The notes under the pieces are model-generated. The model had not been told where the DNA came from, did no database searches, and was given only the letters and a program-made list of their open reading frames with translations. This document shows positions 55,181 through 64,000 of a stretch of 64,000 nt of DNA, in pieces. The number at the start of each line of letters is the position of its first letter. Within the stretch, counting starts at the first letter, position 1. The position numbers were made by a program, and so were the translations under genes. The DNA is from Octopus sinensis (taxonomy: Eukaryota), in contig NC_042998.1 in the NCBI RefSeq assembly GCF_006345805.1, positions 46,500,001 through 46,564,000 of the forward strand, in the 5' to 3' direction.

Positions 55181-56633
55181 TTCATTTCAGGTTTCTTTTT
55201 CATTTCTCTATTTATATTTTGCTTGATTTCTTTCTTTCTTATGAAATACATTTGCCGAATACAAAAGGAAATAACGTAGAAAACTAGATATTAAGGGAGA
55301 AAAAGAAAAGAAAGAAGGAAAGTACATAGGAATACAAAGAGAAATAAAAGAGGAGAATTATTCGACTTCTTGTCCCAATTCTTATTTTATATTCGCTCTT
55401 CACTAAATTCGGTGACTTCATTTGTTTGTCCTTTTTTTTTTCATTTTCAAAACGTAAATTACTTCGGGTCATGTGACCTTAACATGTTAATAATGCTTGA
55501 TACGTGATATTTTATGCGTGTATAGATGTGTTGTTAAGAAAATTGGCTTCGCTATCATGTAGTTTTGAGTTTCGTGATTCTCATAGTGTAGCAGTTTGAA
55601 CAAAACGCTTCTACTTTATCGTTGTGGGGGTTGAACGAAACCATGCGCGCGAAATTGTATTGACGAAAACTGAGTAGAAACTCCTCAGGTGGATGGCAAC
55701 TGCTTTTTTTTTTTCAGCATACTTAGTCAGTCTATCGGCTTAATTTCATTTACGCCTTGACAATCTTTAACAGTTGCATACATTGCGACCATCTTTAGCT
55801 GTTACATACATCTTTAGCTGTTGCATACATTGCGACCATGCCCACAAACTAAGGGAAAACGCATAAATATGTTATTTTTCCATGCTATGCTAAATGGCCA
55901 TAGGCATTGCCTTTCTTCATTTGATTAAAGAACTGGAAAAAAAACAACAAAAACTCCCCAAAAAACAAACAAAACAGCAAAACAATGAAGTTCATATATC
56001 AAGGAAAGCGCATTCTATGTTCGAATCTTGCCGAGATCAACTTTGCTTTCCGTCCTTTCTGTTTTTGTAAGAAGTACCAATCCAGAACAGTGGCTGGCTT
56101 GAAATGTAAAACCACCCGGCTTGATGTCTTTTGATATTTAGTCCAATTCTATGCATTTTGAGTTCAAATCTTGCCAAGGTATATTTGGTTGGTTACCTTA
56201 ATATATCACTCGGTTTAACATCACCTTTGTTGTCTTTAGCTAATTCCAATCTTTCGCAAACACTCGAGTCAGGTCTCTGATTTGAGGATAGTACCCTCAT
56301 TACCTTTATTCTACTAGCCTTTAAGGCTCTGTAAAGGATCACAAGTATTGCTTTTCTCTCCTGACCACAAGATAGATAAAAATATCTGCGGTAGGTCTGA
56401 TTTCGTCATGCATCCTTCCTGGTCAAGATAAAAATCCTCCAATTATGTGTTTTAGCCGCTCAAAACTTGGGGAGTTGCATGAATGTAGCCAAATTATGAA
56501 AAAATAAAAATGAAAATAAAAAATAAAATAAATGTTTATTTTGGTTTGGTTTTGATACACACACACACACACACACACGCACACACACACACACTCTCTC
56601 TCTCTCTCACACACGCACACACATATACAAATA

Positions 56634-56990
56634 TACACTGTGCAATGGGTAAATTGCTGCTATTTTATATTTTTAATTTCGCGCATGCGCATTGTTTGTC
56701 TTTGATTTTGTCGACTACACAGTATAGTAGGGTCAGTTGGGCATCGTCTATGAGAAGAACAGCACATGACGCAATTCACTCTGCCAGATATTTGGAAACG
56801 ACATGCTGTACTGCTAGGTATTCACGCCAGAAGCTCCAATACGAACATTTCAGAGTGTTTGGGTTTCAATCTGAGGACAGACCAATCTGAGGGTATGCAT
56901 CGAGACAGATAAGATTAAACACCTAGATAGTGTCATTGTGTTTGGAGTGATCACTAGTGATAGTGACGTTATGCCTCCATTCATCTTATG
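56634..56990 (+). mobile_element. Internally deleted Tc1/mariner-family element
   Basis: MTQFTLPDIWKRHAVLLGIHA..NISECLG (HTH-like) near 56787 and [18 protein letters not shown] near 56932. Confidence 0.6.
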
Positions 56991-57124
56991 TCTGTCTGTC
57001 TGTCTATCTATATCTATCTGTCTGACTATCTATCTGTCTGTCTGACTATCTATAAATCTGTCTGGCTATCTATCTGTCTGTCCTACTATCTATCTGTCTG
57101 TCTGACTATCTGTCTGTCTGGCTA

Positions 57125-57189
<65 letters not shown>

Positions 57190-57254
57190 TTATCTATCTT
57201 AACATTAACATCAAATAAAGTTCCTAAAGACAATAGACTGGCCTGTCGCACTGT

Positions 57255-57560
57255 GTAGATGTGGGGCTGAACGTTAAAAGCAAATGACTGTGGTAAACTC
57301 AAAACATTTGAAAAAACGTACTAGCAAAAAGTATTGAAGATCCGTTGGAATGACCATTGAACAAACGAATCCGTACTTGAAGAAATGGAAACAGAAAGAG
57401 AATTTTTGGCAACTTTCAGGAAGAGAACCCTGTAGTGTTGTGGGTATGTCAACCGAGTTCAAAACCTCATCGTCCACGTTTTCTAGAGAAAAGTGAATGA
57501 AAAACGAGGGAGCGATCAAAGAATGAATCAGAAAGCCTCTGGCTAAACGGATCACCATAG
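57255..57560 (+). mobile_element. RTE-clade LINE remnant (post-RT region)
   Basis: TLKANDCGKLKTFEK..VLKIRWNDH.TNESVLEEM..RKRTL with stops. Confidence 0.65.
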
Positions 57561-57951
57561 CTAGGGGTAGTACCCGCTGGAGAGAAACGGTTTATGCATC
57601 AATGGTCTTCTATCCTCTCTGCAATGAAGATGAGCTTATGCAGAGCAATATATATATATATTCCCTTTTTTCCTGAGCGCCTAATAATAATACTTTAATT
57701 GTTCCACCTCTTTGCGTTGTTGTCTTTTCTGTTTTCTTGTTTGGATTAACCTTATATATATATATATATATATAGGGAGAGTTTTCGAAAAAAAAAAACA
57801 AAAGACGAAGACAGGTGGTGTACAAAACAAATACATATATATAACTTTCTTTTATGTATATATTTTCATTTTTACTTTAACTACTTTACTTCTTTTTATC
57901 CCTTCTCGTTTTTTGTGAGCATTAAGAATAGTCGATTCCTTGAATTTATAT

Positions 57952-58935
57952 CTAACAAGAGAAAAGTGAAATGATGACACATTGTTCTCTAGATTGGAAG
58001 GTTCTTAAGATCCAGGAGCTCATCCTACGAGCTATATCGACCTTATTGTTGATGCGGGCACTCCAACTGAGATTGTTATCAACAATTACTCCTAGGTCTC
58101 TGATATTACTAGATACTGTGAGCGGTTCCACTGAAGGAAGAGAGTACGGCTGTTTTAGTATAGTATTTCTTCCAAAATGCACAACTCAAATTTTCCCTCA
58201 TTTAGTTGCATTTGGTTTTGGCTGCCCGTTGACTCACCGCATATAGATCAGACTGGAGTTGAGTTCGGTCTTCTTCATCATTGATAATTTGCTGGAGCTT
58301 AGTGTCATCAGCAAATATTTTCACTTTGAAGTGATTAACGACGCTGGAAAGGCCATTTATGTAGATTATAAAGAGGAGCGGGCCCAAGACAGTCTCCTGA
58401 GGGACACCACTGGTGACTTGAATGGACTCCATTGACCACAACATGTTGTGTTCTATTTGCCAGGAAATACTCAAGCCAGTGTAGACGATTTCCACAGATT
58501 CCAACATTTGCCAGTTTTGAGAGTAAGATATTATAGTCAACCCTGTCGAACGCTTTACTGAAGTCAAGATATATGACATCAGGGTTCGAACTTGTTCCCA
58601 AGGCTTTAAGTATATCCTCAATGTGGTGTAAGAATTGTGTTAGAGAGTCCCTGCCACAGCGAAAGCCACGCTGATTTGCACTTAGGAGTTTGTGGATCTC
58701 CAGGAAGCCAGGTACCCTTGATCTTACCACTCGTTCAAACACTTGATGAGTGAGATAGTTGACTGCGAGAAATGTTTCTCTGTTTGAAAACAGGGATGAC
58801 AGACTGCGTTAGGAGCTGTTTCAGTATATAACCTGAGTCTAAAGAATTTCTCCAGAGGTTGGTCACAGAGACTGCTAGATGGTGTCTACATTCCTTCAGG
58901 AGACTAGCGGGAAATCTGTCAGGGTATACAGCAGA
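57952..58935 (-). mobile_element. CR1-group LINE reverse transcriptase remnant
   Basis: QRGFR..DSLTQFL, VIYLDFSKAFDRVD, SGVPQETVLGPLLF, FADDTKL; frameshifted. Confidence 0.85.
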
Positions 58936-58954
58936 ATAGTATTTTACCCCCATT

Positions 58955-58986
<32 letters not shown>

Positions 58987-59291
58987 TGTATGTATATATG
59001 TATGTATGTATGTATGTATGTGTATGTATGTATGTATGTATGTATGTATGTATATATATATATAGATATATATGTATATATATGTATATATATATGTATA
59101 TGTGTATGTATATATATATGTATGTATATGTAGATATATATATGTATATGAATATATACATATGCATGTATATATATGTATATATATATATGTATATATG
59201 TATATATATCTATGTATATGTAAATATATATATATATATGTATATGTATACATACATATGTATGTTTATATATATGTATATATGTATATAT

Positions 59292-60020
59292 GATTTTTGA
59301 TTTTTTGATTTTTTGATTTTTCCAGTTTCAGCTAATGAGCTGTGGCCATGCTGGGGCACCGCCATTTGGTTTGCTACACGGGTTTACCTCACGGATGCTT
59401 TTTAGCAAACGCCATCTGATGCATGAGAGAGTTCGATGCAGCTGCCCTCATCTGCACCTCCTGCCGTGAAGTTGGTTCATCCGGGACACCTGACAGGAAG
59501 AGATCCAGTCCTACTTTAAAGACATCCGCATCTACACCATGCAGGTCCCTCAGGTTCTTCGGGAGGACATTGAAGAGCCGTGGGCCTCTGAAGCCCAGGC
59601 TATCACAATATCTTGTCCTACATCTTGATGGCAAATTTGGTACTACGCAGTGGCGTCCGGTTCTGGCGTTTGTGTGACTCTTGATGCCAAAGTCTGGTCC
59701 CATGCAGGTCCCTCAGGTTCTTCGGGAGGACATTGAAGAGCCGTGGGCCTCTGAAGCCCAGGCTATCACAATATCTTGTCCTACATCTTGATGGCAAATT
59801 TGGTACTACGCAGTGGCGTCCGGTTCTGGCGTTTGTGTGACTCTTGATGCCAAAGTCTGGGACAAGACCTTCCAGGATCTTCCAGATATATATTATGGCA
59901 TATCTTTCTCGCCTACGCTCCAGGGAATAGAGCTTTAATCTCTTGAGTCTCTCCCAGTAGCTCGTATGCTGCACAGAGGCTATCTTCTTCTTCGTGTAGC
60001 TTCGTTGGATCGCCTCAAGT
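59292..60020 (-). mobile_element. CR1-group LINE 3' end with internal 161-bp tandem duplication and (ATCAAAA)n-like tail
   Basis: LEAIQRSYTK..YWERLKRLKLYSLERRRER..GPRLFNVLP..LDLFLSGVPDEP; duplication 59537-59697 and 59700-59860. Confidence 0.85.
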
Positions 60021-60189
60021 TGTATATATGTATATATATATGTAAACATATGTATATATATATATATATAATTATATATTATATATTATATTATATATAT
60101 ATAATATATATATATAATAATAATATATATAATATATAACATATATTATAATATATATATATATATAATATAATATTAATTATAATAAT

Positions 60190-60518
60190 ATTAGGGAATA
60201 AATCCAAACTTACAGGCAAAAATCAGATTTAGGATTCAATCCAATTTTATAGTAAAATATTATATTATATTAAATTAGAGATAAAACCACTATTAGGCAA
60301 ATCAAACAATGAAAAACTTAAGCCAATACATAAAATTAATTAATTTATATTATTTTAAATATATATCAAAAGTATTAAAAGTTTAATAAAAATTTAATAA
60401 AAGTTTTAATGCTTTTGATATATATTTAAAATAATATTAATTAATTAATTTTATGTATTGGCTTAAGTTTTTCATTGTTTGATTTGCCTAATAGTGGTTT
60501 TATCTCTAATTTAATATA
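60190..60518. mobile_element. Probable Penelope-like fragment ending in a ~250-bp hairpin (60266-60518)
   Basis: ~115-bp arms with few mismatches and a 23-nt loop; flanked by (TA)-rich arrays. Family call from memory. Confidence 0.55.
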
Positions 60519-60722
60519 TATATATAATATATATATATATTATAATATATATATATATGTAGAAATATGTATATATGCATGCATATGTATATATATGTAA
60601 TATATACATATATATATATGTATATGTATATATATGTGGGTATATATATATATGTATATATATATACGCACACACACATATATATACATATACATACATA
60701 CACTCGCACCCCCACATATATA

Positions 60723-60763
<41 letters not shown>

Positions 60764-61655
60764 TTATACCTATATATTAACCTCATACATAAATAAGTGT
60801 GTGTATCTGTGCATGCTTGCACATAATCACACGCACACATATACACTCACACATGTGAAGCCGCACGCACACACTTAGATACACATATGTAAGCATAGAA
60901 ACCCAGATACATAGATACATAGCTAAGTATTTGCAGTAGTTAAATATATTCAGTAATTAAACGAACAAATAGATAAATACAAAGAAAAAAAATAACTAAC
61001 CAAATGACTAACAAAACCAACCAAAACAAACCAGTACGTATTTCGTATCGTGGTGGCATATTGAATAAATTTTCTCACTTTTCTTTTGTGAAAATGTGAG
61101 TTTTATACTATTTTGTTTCTTATTTTTTTTATATGTTTTTATTTATTATCCTTTTAATGTTTTATTCAAACACTAACAAAAGGTAAGTCTGGCGACATGT
61201 CGCCAGTTTCTGAGACTTCAGTTGTTCTTTCCATAGAAAACCGTCGTTAACAAATTATGGACGCTTAACTAATTCACACTTCGTTAATAACTATGAAAAT
61301 TTACTTTCGTTAACTGTTGCAGATTTTCCTCTTAAAAATAAAAATGTATGTCTTTATTTTTCTTTTACTCTTCTTATTTATCTTTCCTTTAAATAAAATA
61401 AAAATAAAGCTCTTTCTCATGCTATTACACTCTGACAATATAACTTACGCATGTACGAGTATATAGTTATACACGTACAATAGCTATGGTATTAAAAATT
61501 ATAAAAAGATATACATACGCGTTTTGAATTCATAGCGAACATGTAAGGATCATAAACTTTATTTACCGACAAATAGTCACAAATTCACCTAGAATATCAC
61601 AATGACACACACACACACACACACACATGCTTACACACGCACGCTTACATATACT

Positions 61656-61728
<73 letters not shown>

Positions 61729-62478
61729 TTATCTATCTATCTCTTTCTCTTTCTACCGCGACTTCCATCGCTGTCTGTCTGTCTGTCTTTATATACATGA
61801 GTGTGTGCGTATGTGTTTGTATATGTAATTTTTCCATGAGTGTGTATATACACATATACATATATATGTGTGTGTGTGGAAGAAAGAAATGAAAAAGAAA
61901 AAGAGATAGTGAGAGAAAGGGAGGGAGAGAGAGAGAGAGAGAGAGGGAGAGAAAAAGAGACATCAGTATGTCAGGTATATATATACTATTTTATAGCTAC
62001 TGAGATTTTATGATGAATGCACGCACACTTGCGAACGTAAATACAGCCAACATATACATATACGGTCATATATATATTCAAATCTGCAAACACACACACA
62101 CGTACACACACACATACACACACACGCACACACATATTTTAAAATATGCATTTAAATAAATGGCATCACACGGCAGCTGCTGTTGACAGTGAAGTTTTCA
62201 GCCAAGTGTGAGAACAAACTGAATGTCCCAGGTGCAGTTTCACTTCATTTGGGCGGTAGTATACTTGCGCATTTTGATACTGCGAGTATTATTTCAACTG
62301 ACAAACGATCTGCCACTTTCTCCGACTAACTTGTAAATCTTACTAATTTATAATTTCACCTTTGAGTTTGTTGGATTTGTTATCCAACTCAGTATGACAG
62401 AGAATACTTGGTACTAGATTGTTCCAGCTTTATTATCATGTATTTTTAGGAATTCTAAAGGCTATATTTGTCCCTTTC

Positions 62479-62700
62479 AAAGGCGGCACGTTAGCACGCC
62501 GGGCGAAATGCGTAGCCGTATTTCGTCTGCCGTTACGTTCTGAGTTCAAATTCCGCCGAGGTCGACTTTGCCTTTCATCCTTTCGGGGTCGATAAATTAA
62601 GTACCAGTTTCGCACTGGGGTCGATCTAATCGACTTAATCCGTTTGTCTGTCCTTGTTTGTCCCCTCTGTGTGTAGCCCCTTGTGGATAGTAAAGAAATA
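62479..62700 (+). mobile_element. SINE family A with 16-bp TSD
   Basis: TATATTTGTCCCTTTC at 62463-62478 and 62701-62716. Confidence 0.9.
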
Positions 62701-63512
62701 TATATTTGTCCCTTTCCGTAATGCACTGATTTGAGCGAGATTTGTCACTATATCTATCAGTTGAATTAGATATCGAAAATAAAATATATCGTTCCACAAC
62801 AATCACCAAGAGGAAAATTAAGTGTATCAAAACAATATCCATTGTTGTAATAAATGAAACGAACTAAAGTTGAATTAAGAAGTATAAGAAATTTCAGAGA
62901 ACAATTGAAAATGTTGTGAACCAGCTACATTCGGAATTTAAAACGGGAAATGAAGTACTATGAATGAAATCTGATCAAATCTTGTGGGGGCGTATAAAAT
63001 TTGATAATGTCGCTGCACGCGTGCGTGTGCATACGCGTGAATGTGTGCGCACGTGCTTGTGTGAAATAAGCGTACTTTTATGCCTGTCATCTAGGGTTAA
63101 GTATTTTAAATTTTCAGTATGGCAATAATCAACTGGATTGTTATTAAGCGCATATTTAATTAGGAGTTTCACCCAATATGATTAGATTCTTATTTAGAAC
63201 TGTGGATATTGAAGAGGGATGTGAGCAACTTGGTAAGATGAAATCCTTTGCTGTTCCGCACCAAGAACCAAAAATCAAACACTAAATTATCTTCTTTGCT
63301 TACACCTAGAGCGGCTCTTACAGAGCAGTCCTATGATAAAATGCTTTTCATCTATGACTTGTATTTTGTTAGTAAACATAATGTAGCCTACTACAATATA
63401 TTATTCAATATATTCTGCCACAAAATTCTAACGTGCGACACAGCTATAATCTTTAATACGTAAAGAAATTTTTGTTTTTTCACCGAAACTTTCAATGCCA
63501 ACAGATTACTTA

Positions 63513-64000
63513 CCGTAAATCCTCGAGTATTATCCGCATTTCCCCCCCCCAAAAAAAATTTAAAGGTCAAAATCCCTAGCGCGTACTATATACGAGGTTA
63601 AAAGTGAAAATTACTTTCTAAGCAATGTCCGAGTCTCTATTTGCTGTCTGGCTATGTTTATTCAGACGCATTTTGTGAGGTCGGGCGCGAAAATACCTTA
63701 AGCTAAGCATGAAAGCAATGAAGTCATAAAAGAATCGTCCATAACTTGCAGCAAGCAACATTTATTAAACGTTATTGCTGTTATTTCTTTATTTTCTGCA
63801 AACAAAATGCACAAAAAAAGCTACACGTTTGCATTATGTTATATATACAATAATAACAAAGAACGCTACCATATACATTTTCACAAACCAAGGACGTTAT
63901 AAAGACTTCCTTGACTCAAGTTAGAGATGGGGTGCGTATTATACACAAGATTTAGGTTTTTCAGAAGTACAGCCCCCTAAAAATCCCCTGCGTATTATAC
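63513..64000. mobile_element. Tc1/mariner-pogo-type MITE, same family as 1-290 in opposite orientation
   Basis: TA then CCGTAAATCCTCGAGTATTATCCGCA; the right TIR appears to begin at the window end (CTGCGTATTATAC). Confidence 0.75.

Noticed and set aside
57952-60020. Single CR1 element split by a microsatellite
   Set aside because: On the minus strand the 3' fragment lies upstream of the RT fragment and is less decayed; two separate insertions fit better.
62202-62329. FDTASIISTDKRSATF resembling a phosphate-binding cassette
   Set aside because: Lacks the conserved GE, stops three codons later with no donor, and its phase does not follow the 53792 exon.

Overview
Eukaryotic, AT-rich, microsatellite- and transposon-dominated window. 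The repeat families and (TA)n/(TCTA)n/(CA)n density look like an octopod cephalopod genome; this is my recognition, not a database result. No complete host gene is visible. The best host-gene signal is one + strand exon (53711-53792) resembling a cyclic-nucleotide-binding domain (SLC9C1/CNBD-like), plus weaker exon candidates. Most ORFs in the track are microsatellite translations. Mobile DNA: three copies of an L1/Tx1-clade LINE, all embedded in (TCTA)n; an R4/Dong-like LINE in (AAT)n; CR1-group and RTE/BovB fragments; a decayed full-length Tc1; hAT, mariner and pogo-type MITEs; a telomere-repeat-bearing foldback family; and about 30 tRNA-derived SINE copies with swappable heads and tails. 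Most notable: (1) a tRNA-headed element carrying a minimal hammerhead ribozyme, (2) microsatellite-targeted Tx1 retrotransposons, (3) a 28S rRNA peptidyl-transferase-centre fragment replacing part of a SINE, (4) a LINE and SINE sharing a 3' hairpin with compensatory changes, (5) several locally templated 100-630 bp insertions with microhomology junctions. Coordinates were counted by hand and may be off by a few bases. SINE names A-D are working labels. Assembly error cannot be excluded for the local duplications.
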